Assembly: GCA_965204745.1 (NCBI GenBank)
Contig: OZ242010.1
Location: 5,283,461 to 5,347,460, forward strand
Length of the DNA stretch: 64,000 bases
Direction of reading: 5' to 3'
Origin: Candidatus Latescibacterota bacterium
GTDB lineage: Bacteria; Latescibacterota; UBA2968
How positions within the stretch are numbered: position 1 is the stretch's first letter; the number at the start of each line of letters is the position of its first letter. Under the pieces are notes generated by a model. It saw only the letters and a program-made list of their open reading frames with translations. It was not told the DNA's origin and did no database searches. Below are positions 17,984-28,500 of the stretch, in pieces. The position numbers and the translations under genes were made by a program.

Positions 17984-20900
17984 ATCCTAAGGTGTCCACT
18001 TTTGGCGTTACGGTCACACTTGTCGGAATGCCCGGCGGTTGCAAGTTATACTGCACGGTGGTGTCCATGCCGGCATATTTCAACACGGGATATTGATCTG
18101 TCTTGCCAAAGGTCCACGGCTCGTCGTTGCCGGGTTGTCCGTCGAGGTTGGCGTTCCAAGTGGAGAAGATGAGGGTGTAGCCGGTGGGGGATTGGAGCGC
18201 GCTGGTCGTCTGGCCGGTAACGCCGCTACCGCCGGCGCTGGTTGTGCAACCGTTGCTACCGCCGGATGTACAGCCGCTGGTTTGGGTGTCCCAGTAGCTT
18301 GCGGTGCCGCCCGTGCCGGAGCCTATCAACCCGCCGACGAGTGGAGAACTGCCGGTGCCGATAACCGTGCCGATGGAGTAGGAGTTCGTTACGGTGCCGC
18401 CTTGGCTTGCTCCCAGCAGTCCGCCGACGTGCTCAGGGCCGCTGACGGATGCGGTGGAGTAGCTTGAGGTAATCGCGTTGGGCGTCCATCCGACCAGTCC
18501 GCCGGCGGTCCTAGTCGTCGCCGAAACGCTGCCGGTGGAGTAGCAGGCGACGACTGTGCCGCGCAGGGCACCGACCAGAGCGCCGGCATATTCGCCTCCC
18601 GCAACACTGGCGTTGGTTATGCCGACGGACTCGATGCGGGAGGCGGTGTCGGCATTGCCGAATAATCCCACTTCAACGACGGCGGGTCGGTTGATGGTCA
18701 GGTTGTCGATAGTGTAGCCGTTGCCCTTGAAATCGCCGGTGTATCTGGCGGCGTTTGTGCCGATGGGTAGCCAGCCGTCGCCGTTGTTCCAGTAGGTGGC
18801 GTCTGCTGAAGTGATTTCGCCGTCGCCATTCTCGTCAAAGTCGAGGTTGTTGAGCAGTTCGTAGCCGGTGCAGGTCCCGGAAGGGCAACCCATCCGGACG
18901 TTGCTGGTGATGTCTCGGTTGGGAAAGGCGGCGTTGTAGGCGGTCGTATCGCTGGTTGAGGCACTTGCGTCTATGGCACCATCGCCGTTGAGATCCCAGC
19001 GGATGGCATGCAGTTGCGCCAGCGTCTCAATGTCGATGAGGCCATCGCCATCGCCATCGTAATCGATCCCTTGGGGCGTGCCCATGACCTCGTCCGAAGG
19101 CGTGCTATCGGTCCCACCTGCCAGGGTAGCAGTGACGCGCACCGTGTAGGTCGTGCCAAAAGTCAGGTTCTCTATCGTGTAGGTCGTGGTGCTTCCTCCA
19201 GAGACCGTCTCCTGGCGATCAGATGTGTTGTATGCCTGTTGCCCGGACTTCCACTGTATCTTGTATCCCGTCGCGCCAGTTGCCTCGGTCCAAGCCACAA
19301 GGAGTTGGAAATGCCCCGGCGTCACGCGCACATTGGTGGGCTTGTTTGTCGCCGCAGTTACCATGACTTCCTCCGAAGGGTCACTGTCGGCGATATTGAG
19401 ATTGGTACTCGTGGCGATGACGCGAATCGTGTAAGTCGTCCCTGCGGTCACATTGGAGATTTTGTAGGTCGTGGTGCTCCCGCCTGCGATGGTGGCTTGC
19501 CCGTGCGTGGCGGCGGACGTCAGATCGGAGGTGGGATAAGTCGCTACCCCGGATTTCCACTGCACCCTATACCCGGTTGCGTTGGACACCGCATTCCAAG
19601 TCACGGTCAGCGTGTCCACCTTCGCACTCGCCATCACAGGCGGACTGTCCAGCGTGGACACGATAAAGATGGATTGCTCTGCTGAGGGTGTGCCATCGCG
19701 GGCACCGGTCTTGGTGGCAATGACACGCACTGTGTAGGTCGTCCCAAACGTCAAGTTGGGAATCTTGTGGCGCGTCCCCGTGGTGGTGGCCTCACGCGAG
19801 GCGGTATCGTAGCTCTGCGTGCCGGATTTCCACTGCACCTTGTACCCCGTCGCATAACTCGCCGCAGTCCAACGCACGTCCAAGGTGTCCGCTTTTTGCG
19901 TTACTGTCACACTTGTCGGAATGCCCGGCGGTTGCATTGCAAATTGCGCGGTGGTGTCCATGCCGGCATACTTCAAGACCGGATACTGATCCGTCTTGCC
20001 AAAGGTCCACGGATCATCGCCGCCCGGTTGCCTGTCCAGGTTCAGGTCCCAATTCATTATGTAGATGCCGGTATAACCCGTGGGGCCTTGGAGACCGGCG
20101 GTGGTCTGGGGAGCACCGCGTCCGGTGTCGCTACGTTTAGAGGTGGTACTATCGTAGTAGCTATGGGTAATTGTTGAACTACTGTTGAGACCGACCAGGC
20201 CACCAACCTGTGAAGGAGCACTGACCGGGCCGATGGCATAGCTACCGGTTATCGTGCTGGAATAGAAGTTGGCACCGACCAGGCCACCGGTTCTATAGTT
20301 GCCGCTGACTACGCCGGTGGCATAGCTGGCGCGTATGATGGCCTTCGGGCTACCAAAGTTGCCGTGGAAGCCCACCAGGCCGCCGACGTAAGTAGTGCCG
20401 CTGACTGCGCCGGTAGCATAGCTAGCGGTTATCGTGCCGCGACTCCAGCCCACCAAGCCGCCGATGCTTATATTAGACCCAGTGACGTCCACCTCGGAAC
20501 GACAGGCGGTAATGGTCGAGCTACCGTGCCGCAGCCAGCCCACCAAGCCGCCGCTTCGTGCATACCCGCTGACCTGTCCGGTAACGCGGATGTGCATGAG
20601 ATGGAGCCTGTTGCCTTCGCCAACAAGGACTGCGGTTTCAGAATTGCCGGTCACATTGGCGTTCACCAGGCTCAAATTGCGGATCGTACCGTCCGCGGCA
20701 AAGCCGAACAGCCCGATGTCGTCGGCAGAGCGGTTGATAAACAGGTTGGAGATGGTATAGTCGTTGCCGTGGAAGGTGCCGGTGTATTTCGTCGCACTGT
20801 TGCCGATGGGCGCCCAGCCTGCGCCGCTGTTCCAGTAGGTGGCGTCTGCTACGGTGATTTCGTTGTCGTTGTTCTCGTCGAAGTTGAGGTTGTTGAGCAG

Positions 20901-23060
20901 TTCGTAGCCGGTGCAGGTTCCGGAAGGGCAACCCATCCGGCCGCTACTGGTGGTAACGCGGTTGGGAAAGGCGGCGTTGTAGTTCATGGTATCATTATCG
21001 GCGACGACCCCATCGCCGTTGAGATCCCAGCGGATGGCATGCAGTTGCGCCAGCGTCTTAATGTCGATGAGGCCATCGCCATCGCTGTCGTAATTGATCG
21101 CGTAGGGCGTGCCCATGACCTCGTCCGAGGGCGTGCTATCGGTCCCACCTGCCAGGGTAGCAGTGACGCGCACCGTGTAGGTCGTGCCAAAAGTCAGGTT
21201 CTCTATCGTGTAGGTCGTGGTGCTTCCTCCAGAGACCGTCTCCTGGCGATCAGATGTGTTGTAGCTTTGTCCACCGGACCTCCACTGCACCTTGTATCCC
21301 GTCGCGCCGGTTGCCTCGGTCCAAGCCACAATGAGTTGGGCCGGCCCCGGCGTCACGCGCACATTGGTGGGTCTGGTGGTCGCCAAGGTCACCATGACTG
21401 CGTCCGAGGGGACACTGTCGGCTAAATTGATATTGGTACTCGTGGCGATGACGCGAATCGTGTAGGTCGTCCCTGTGGTCAGCCCAGAAATTTTGTGGAT
21501 CGTGGTGCCCCCGCCAGCGATGGTGGCTTGCCCGTGCGTGGCGGACTGCTCATCGGAGGTGGGATAAGTCGCTACCCCGGATTTCCACTGTACCTTATAC
21601 CCGGTTGCGTTGGACACCACATTCCAAGTCACGGTCAGCGTGTCCACCTTCGCCGCCACCATCACAGCCGGACTGCCCAGCAAGGCGGGAACGCCGGTCT
21701 GCTCTGCCGAGGGTGTGCCATCGGGCGCACCGGTCTTGGTGGCAATGACACGCACTGTGTAGGTCGTCTCGCCGAGCAAGTTGGCGATCTTGTAGCGCGT
21801 CCCTGTGACGGTCTCCTCACGCGAGGCGGCGTAGCTCTGATCGCCGGATTTCCACTGCACCTTGTACCCTGTCGCATAACTCGCCGCAGTCCAACGCACG
21901 TCCAAGGTGTCCGCTTTTGGCGTCACGGTCACACTGGTCGGCCTGCCCGGCGGTTGCAAGTTATACTGCACGGTGGTGTCCATGCCGGCATATTTCAAGA
22001 CCGGATACTGATCCGCCGCGCCAAAGGTCCACGGATCATCGTCGCCGGGTTGTCCGTCGATGTTGGCGTTCCAGGTGGAGAAGATGAGGGTGTAGTCGGT
22101 GGGGGATTGGAGCGCGCTGGTCGTCTGGCCGGTAACGCCGCTACCGCCGGCGCTGGTTGTGCAACCGTTGGTGCCGCCGGATGTACAGCCGCTGGTTTGG
22201 GTGTCCCAGTAGCTTGCGGTGCCGCCCGTGCCGGAGCCTATCAACCCGCCGATGAGTGGAGAACTGCCGGTGCCGATAACCGTGCCGATGGAGTAGGAGT
22301 TCGTTACGGAGCCGCCTTGGCTTGCTCCCAGCAGTCCGCCGACGTGCTCAGGGCCGCTGACAGATGCGGTGGAGTAGCTTGAGGTAATCGCGTTGGGCGT
22401 CCATCCGACCAGTCCACCGGCGACCCTAGTCGTCGCCGAAACGTTGCCGGTGGAGTAGCAGGCGACGACTGTGCCGCGCAGGGCGCCGACCAGAGCGCCG
22501 GCATATCCGCTTCCTGCAACACTGGCGTTGGTTACGCCGACGGACTCGATGCGGGAGGCGGTGTCAGTGGTGCCGAATAATCCCACTCCAGAGACGGCGG
22601 GGCGGTTGATGGTCAGGTTGTCGATAGTGTAGCCGTTGCCCTTGAAATCGCCGGTGTATCTGGCGGCGTCTGTGCCGATGGGGACCCAGCCGTCGCCGTC
22701 GTTCCAGTAGGTGGCGTCTGCTGAGGTGATTTCGCCATCGCTGTTCTCGTCAAAGTTGAGGTTGTTGAGCAGTTCGTAGCCGGTGCAGGTCCCGGAAGGG
22801 CAACCCATCCGGCCGCTACTGGTGGTGACGCGGTTGGGAAAGGCGGCGTTGTAGGCGGTCGTATCGCTGGTCGTGGCACTTGCGTCTATGGCACCATCGC
22901 CGTTGAGATCCCAGCGCATGGCATTGAGCTGGGCGAGGTTGGCTACATCAATGTAGCCGTCGTTGTTCATGTCGTAGTCGGTTTGGGCAAAAGCCGGCCC
23001 CGATGCCACCAGCATGGCCAGCGCGACCAGGGCCAACAAGTGAGCGTAGCGGGGCATCAT
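17984..23060 (-). CDS. Giant cell-surface protein, N-terminal portion (signal peptide + 3 modules); same gene as 10610-17983 interrupted by a 1-nt frameshift near 17988
   Basis: ATG at 23060 preceded by GAGGGGGA SD. Signal peptide MMPRYAHLLALVALAMLVASGPAFA. Module architecture identical to the downstream part. The listed ORF's upstream extension (23061-23717) is read-through of the leader/repeats and is not coding. Confidence 0.7.
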
Positions 23061-23254
23061 TTTGTCCCCCTCTCGAGGGGGGGGGGGGGGGGGTACACTG
23101 TACTGATCATCGTAACAGGCTGTTTTGCAATAAAATAGAACCGCACTCCAAGACGAGGATGGGCGATATGAACGCCACTTTTCGCGGTGGGACAGGCTGG
23201 AAAAACATAGCGCCAAATGAGGTTCAAACAGCGGCTGAAAATGGCGGTGATCAT
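23057..23254 (-). CDS. Leader uORF (65 aa) ending in polyproline encoded by the poly-C tract; stop overlaps giant-gene ATG (ATGA)
   Basis: AAAGGAGG SD 6 nt upstream of ATG 23254. Reads through 17 consecutive C (PPPPP). TGA at 23059-23057 overlaps ATG 23060-23058. Confidence 0.3.
   Translation of the reverse strand: MITAIFSRCLNLIWRYVFPACPTAKSGVHIAHPRLGVRFYFIAKQPVTMISTVYPPPPPLERGTK
23077..23093. repeat. Homopolymeric G17 (C17 on coding strand) tract ~15 nt upstream of giant-gene start codon
   Basis: Directly visible run of 17 G between 23077 and 23093. Confidence 0.9.
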
Positions 23255-23336
23255 CTGAAGCCTCCTTTGCAAAGCTGTCGCACAGACCGGGTGCGACTTT
23301 TTCTTCGCGTTCAAAATCGCAATGGTGAACGGGAAA

Positions 23337-23366
23337 AATATAGGGAATCGCGCTCTTGTTTGTCAA
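23337..23366 (-). promoter_or_regulatory. Sigma70-type promoter for giant gene (TTGACA-18nt-TATATT), implying ~270-nt leader
   Basis: Minus-strand TTGACA (23366-23361), 18-nt spacer, TATATT (23342-23337). Confidence 0.35.
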
Positions 23367-23390
23367 GCGGTAAAATGACGATGGGAATTG

Positions 23391-23820
23391 GGACCTACCC
23401 CCTGGCCCCCTTCCTAAGAGGAAGGGGGAATGGCGAGAGGTTGTGCGAGGGATTGTGTGTAAGGGTTTTTGGATTTTCATGGCGTGATCCATTCGCCCAA
23501 AGCCATCAAAACAGCCCTGGATGCAAACCTTCAAGAAAGCCATGCGCTCCCCCTTTCCTTGTAGGAAAGGGGGCCGGGGGGATAGGTCCTGCGATGAAGG
23601 GGGAATGGCGAAAGGTTTTGCGAGGGATTGCGCGAGGGGGGTTTGGGGTTCTATGGCGTGATCCATTCGCCCAAAGCCATCAAAACAGCCCTGGATGCAA
23701 ACCTTTAAGAAAGCCATGCGCTCCCCCTTTCCGCGTAGGCACAGGCGTAGCCTACAATGAGCGAAGCGAATAACGGGGGCCGGGGGGATAGGGCTATGGC
23801 GACAGGGCGTGCGAAGGACA
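23391..23820. repeat. Family C composite repeat, two tandem full copies with ~75-nt conserved core
   Basis: Core catggcgtgatccattcgcccaaagccatcaaaacagccctggatgcaaacctt(c/t)aagaaagccatgcgctccccctttcc duplicated. Ends gtaggcacaggcgtagcctac...ggggccggggggataggg. Same family as 8367-8700 and 28872-29050. Confidence 0.75.
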
Positions 23821-24090
23821 CAGCGGAGTGGGAACGATGAAGCGGTGGTGGGGCGGTGGGTGGATCTCGCCTCTTACTTCTTGCCTCTTACTTGGGGATA
23901 GGGCTTGCGGTAGGGTGGTGTGGGGTAATCCGCGCAATCTGCGTAATCCGTTTAATCCGCGATTCAGACACGGCGGGGCGGATGGACAAGCACAGGGCAT
24001 CGCCCCTACACACACTGCTCGTTTTTTGTGTTTTTGTGCCTTTGAACTGGCTGTTGCCAGTTGTACCCCGCTCGTGGCTAAACTTCCATC

Positions 24091-25083
24091 TCACCTCTTG
24101 CTGGGCGGATGGGGAAACGGGCGGGGACTGACCACTGCATTTGCCTCTCCCGTCTTGCCTCTCCCGTCTTGCCTCTTCCCTCTCTCCTCTGCCCATGCCC
24201 GCAGGGGAATGTCATCTCCATTTTTTGTGAGCCAGTATTGAGACGAGGGGTGAAACTCGGATTCCGGGCCGAGGGGGTCGCCGCCGGATGCCAGCGCGCC
24301 GAGCAACTGTTGTCGAATGGGCGAACTGCGTTGGATGAGTGCCTCGTCTTGCGCGATGTAATCCGTTGGGCGCAGCCAGCGGTAGTGGTAGCCCACATGC
24401 ATGATCTTCCGGGTTTTCCGCGACAAGTTCGGCCCGACGCAGTGCCAGACCGCTGTGCGCCACAACACGGCAGACCCGGCGCACAACTTGAGTTCCACGG
24501 CCTCTTCGGGGCTGACCACGCGCCCGGCGTCGCGCAGTTCCTCGGGCTTGCGCTTGTGGCTACCCGGCACCAACCACAAGTTGCCGCAGTTGGACTCGGT
24601 CATGTCGTAGAGCACGTAAAAAATCTTGATCTCCATGAACGGCAACCGCCCGTCCAGCGAGGGCGCGAGAAACAGGGTGTCGCTCGCCAAATCCGGATGC
24701 CACGCGACATTGCGATACCCGGCTTCTTGATCCGCGCCCTTGCCCACGCCCACGTCGCCGGGCGTCATGCCTTCGGGATACGGCGGGCGATAATCCAAAT
24801 GCGTGGTTCTGATCTGGATGTTCCACCCAATCGCATCCACCACCAAAGGCAACATGCGCGGGTGGTCGATCAAGTCGAGAAACGCCTCGTGTTGCGACAA
24901 GGCATTCCGCACGGCAAACGGATCACTGGGGCACAAACCCTCGGCCGCCCGAACCCGCTCGGCCACCTCGTCAATCGCCAACAAGAGCCGATCCACCTCG
25001 GCCTGCGCCAAAAAATCCTCGAAAACGACAAATCCCTTTTCCTCAAAATCCCGCGCCTGCTCCTCGGTCATTGCAAGGGCCAT
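24091..25083 (-). CDS. Phytanoyl-CoA dioxygenase (PhyH) family Fe(II)/2-oxoglutarate oxygenase
   Basis: Family-typical N-terminus (MTEEQARDFEEKGFVVFEDFL), WHPD motif and double-stranded beta-helix core. The 3' end of the ORF runs into repeat families B/D, so the C-terminal ~45 aa is repeat-derived. Confidence 0.65.
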   Translation of the reverse strand: MALAMTEEQARDFEEKGFVVFEDFLAQAEVDRLLLAIDEVAERVRAAEGLCPSDPFAVRNALSQHEAFLDLIDHPRMLPLVVDAIGWNIQIRTTHLDYRPPYPEGMTPGDVGVGKGADQEAGYRNVAWHPDLASDTLFLAPSLDGRLPFMEIKIFYVLYDMTESNCGNLWLVPGSHKRKPEELRDAGRVVSPEEAVELKLCAGSAVLWRTAVWHCVGPNLSRKTRKIMHVGYHYRWLRPTDYIAQDEALIQRSSPIRQQLLGALASGGDPLGPESEFHPSSQYWLTKNGDDIPLRAWAEERGKRQDGRGKTGEANAVVSPRPFPHPPSKR

Positions 25084-25111
25084 CGCGTTCCCCCTTCATT
25101 GCGAAAATGGA

Positions 25112-25468
25112 TTATTCATCCGCATCGGGCACCTTGCAGCAATTAGGCAACTGCTGATAGGCTGTGGAATCGGCCTGTTTGTCGTTGGCCGCATACCCCG
25201 ATTGGACGATTGCCTGCTCCAATGCGGGCACATCGGTCACTTTGGCGTCGAATGTCACCGTTGCGGTTTTGGCATTCAGCTCGACGCGCACATCTTGCAC
25301 GCCCTCGACCTGTTTCACCGCTGTTTCCACGGTGTTGACGCACACCGCGCATTGCAGCGTCGGCAACTTCACTTCGGCGGTTGTGGCTTCCGACTTTGCC
25401 GAACAGCCGATATGGGCCGCGGCGCCGATTGCACACGCGATCACCCAGGCAAAAATGCGAACCTTCAT
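25112..25468 (-). CDS. Heavy-metal-associated (HMA) domain lipoprotein (periplasmic metallochaperone-like)
   Basis: Lipoprotein signal ...AAAHIGC. HMA-like ferredoxin fold with metal-binding CAVC motif (LQCAVCVNTVETAVK). Located immediately downstream of the HME-RND pump gene. Confidence 0.55.
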   Translation of the reverse strand: MKVRIFAWVIACAIGAAAHIGCSAKSEATTAEVKLPTLQCAVCVNTVETAVKQVEGVQDVRVELNAKTATVTFDAKVTDVPALEQAIVQSGYAANDKQADSTAYQQLPNCCKVPDADE

Positions 25469-25505
25469 GATACACCTCCAAAAAAATATGGGTTGAGGCG
25501 CGGTC

Positions 25506-28500
25506 TCATTTTTCGCGCCCTTCGTTGAACTGCCTCTCCTTCCACAAGGCGTAAATCGCGGGGATCACCAAAAGCGTCAGGATCGTGGAGGACACCATCC
25601 CGCCGACCATCGGCGCGGCGATGCGTTTCATCGCCTCGGCGCCCGTGCCTGTGGACCACATGATCGGCAACAGGCCGACCATTGTCGAGAACACCGTCAT
25701 CAACTTGGGCCGCACGCGCTCCACCGCGCCTGCGATGATGGCCCGGTTCAAGTCTGCCCGCGTCAGTGTCTCGCGTTCGTACGCCTGATTCAGATAGATC
25801 AGCATCACCACCCCGGTTTCGGCGGCCAGGCCGGCCAGTGCGATGAACCCGACGCCGACGGCAATGCTCATCTCGTAATCCAAAATATACAGCAACCATA
25901 TCCCGCCGACCAGTGCAAAAGGCAGGGATAGCATGACGATCAGGCTCTCGGCCACGGTTTTGAAATTCAGGTACAGCAGAATGAAAATGATCGCAAGGGT
26001 GACGGGTATGACCACCTTCAGCTTTTGCTCGGCGCGTAGCATGTACTCGTACTGCCCGCTCCAGATCACGGTGTAGCCGGGGGGCATTGCCACCTGCTCC
26101 AAGACCGCCTGCCGCGCTTTTTCGACATAAGTGCCCACATCCACGTCTCGGATATCCACGTAGATCCACGCATTGAGGCGGGCGTTCTCGCTCTTGATGC
26201 TCGGCGGGCCTTTCCGAATGCGGAGCGCAGCCAATTCGCCAAGGGGGATTTGCGCGCCCGTGGGCGTGGGGACGAAGACGCGCCGCAGTGCGGGCAAATT
26301 GTCGCGCAATTCCCGGCCGTAGCGCAAATTTATCGGGTAGCGCGCCAAGCCCTCGACAGCATGCGTGATGTTCTGCCCGCCGAGTGCGGTCACGATAATG
26401 TCCTGCACGTCTCCCACTGTGAGCCCGTAACGCGCAACGGCCTGTCGGTCGATTTCAAAATCGAGATAATTGCCGCCGGCAACGCGCTCGGCAAACGCGC
26501 TTTGCGTGCCCGGCAGGCCGCGCATGACCGCCTCGATTTGTTTGCCCAATGCCTGCAACGTGTCGAGGTTGTCGCCCACGACCTTGATGCCCACCGGGGT
26601 TTTGATGCCGGTCGAGAGCATGTCGATGCGCGTCTTGATCGGCATGGTCCACGCATTGGTCAGGCCGGGGAATTGGACCGCGCGGTCCAGTTCTCGAATC
26701 AATTTTTGCGGGGTCATGCCCTCGCGCCATTCGGATTCGGGTTTGAGCATAATGGTGGTTTCGATCATCGACAAAGGCGCGGGGTCCGTTGCGGTTTCTG
26801 CGCGTCCGATTTTGCCGAATACGTGTTCGACTTCCGGAAACGTGCGGATGATTTTGTCGGTCTGTTGCAACAAGGCCCGCGCTTTGGTGATCGACACGCC
26901 GGGCAAGGTCGTGGGCATGTACAGCAGGTCGCCTTCGTACAGGGGGGGCATAAATTCCGAGCCGATTTTTTCGAGTGGAAACAGCGCGTCCAATTTGACC
27001 AGCGCCTTGTGGGTCAGGCTTTGCGGATGGGTTGCAAAACGCGAGACGACGAGATCGCGGAACGGGAACGCGGTCGCGAACAACGCGGCGCAGCCCAAGG
27101 CGACGGTCAGCAGTCGATGGTGCAACACCCAGTCGATCATGGGGCGGTACAGAAAAATCAATCCCCGGTTGATGGGATTTTCCGCTTCGGGGCGGATTTT
27201 GCCGCGCACGAAAAAGGTCATCAGCACGGGCACGACGGTAATCGCCAAGCATGCCGCCGCTACCATCGCATAAGTTTTGGTGTACGCGAGCGGTTTGAAC
27301 AGCCGGCCTTCCTGCGCCTCGAGGGAAAAGACCGGCAAAAACGACAGCGCGATGATCAGCATGGAAAAGAATAGGGAGGGCCCCACTTCTTTGGACGCGG
27401 CGATGACGATGTCCAGGTGCGGCTTTTTCCCGGCGTCGCGCTCGAGGTGCTTGTGAGCGTTTTCGATCATCACGATAGCCGCATCCACCATCGCGCCGAT
27501 AGCTATGGCGATGCCGCCGAGGGACATGATATTCGAGTTGACGCCCTGATGGTGCATGGCGATGAACGCGATCAATATCCCCATCGGCAAGGTGAACACC
27601 GCGACAAACGCGCTGCGAAAATGCAGGAGAAAGACCATGCACACCACGGCCACGACCGCGATCTCTTCTAGCAGCTTTTGTCGCAAGTGATCGACCGCGC
27701 GCAAGATCAGCGCGGAGCGGTCATAATTGGGGATGACGACCACGCCCTTGGGCAGGCCGGGTTTGAGCGTCTCGAGTTTTTGTTTGACCCGCTCGATCAC
27801 TTTGAGGGCGTTTTCCCCGTAGCGCATGACCACGATGCCGCCGACCACTTCGCCCTCGCCATTCCACTCGGCCAAGCCCCGCCTGAGTTCCGGGCCCACT
27901 TGCACGGTCGCAATGTCTTTGACGCGAATGGGCGTGCCCTTGTCATCCACGCCGAGCGCGATGTGCTCGATGTCTGCCACAGAGCGGATGTAGCCCAAGC
28001 CGCGCACCATAAATTCCGTTTCGGCCAGTTCGACGAGCCGCCCGCCCACGTCGTCGTTGCTGCGCTGAATGGCCATCCGCACCTCTTGCAACGGGATGTT
28101 GTACGCCAGCAGGCGATGGGGATCCACCACGACTTGATACTGTTTGACAAATCCCCCGACGGACGCCACTTCCGCGACGCCCTGCACGCTGCTCAATTCG
28201 TAGCGCAAGTACCAGTCTTGGATGGAGCGCAACTCCGACAAATCGCGCGTGCCCGTGGTGTCCAACACCGCGTATTGATAGACCCAACCCACGCCGGTCG
28301 CATCGGGCCCCAGCACGGGCGTGACCCCACGCGGCAATCTGCCGGACGCGGCATTGAGGTATTCCAATACCCGGCTGCGCGCCCAATACATGTCCGTGCC
28401 ATCCTCAAAAATCACATAGACGTAAGACAGGCCAAAAAACGAGTACCCGCGCACGGTCTTGGCATGAGGCACGGACAACATCGCGGTGGTCAGGGGATAG

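Noticed and set aside
10851-22382. Many long plus-strand ORFs (e.g. 13025-13810, 14723-15445, 19008-19685, 20364-21425, 21495-22382) and short minus-strand ORFs inside the giant gene
   Set aside because: They are antisense or out-of-frame read-throughs of a GC-rich, internally repeated gene. They repeat with the same ~2-kb period, are rich in Arg/Gly/Pro typical of GC-rich noncoding frames, and overlap a clearly coding domain architecture on the minus strand.
23003-23773. 256-aa plus-strand ORF spanning the giant-gene leader and repeat cluster
   Set aside because: Runs through the poly-G tract and palindromic repeats. Translation is repeat-derived (PLAPFLRGRG... recurs wherever the repeat occurs).
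26250-27642. ORFs 26250-27374(+), 26455-27642(-), 27678-28694(+) within cusA
   Set aside because: Alternative frames or antisense of the HME-RND gene. No independent signals.
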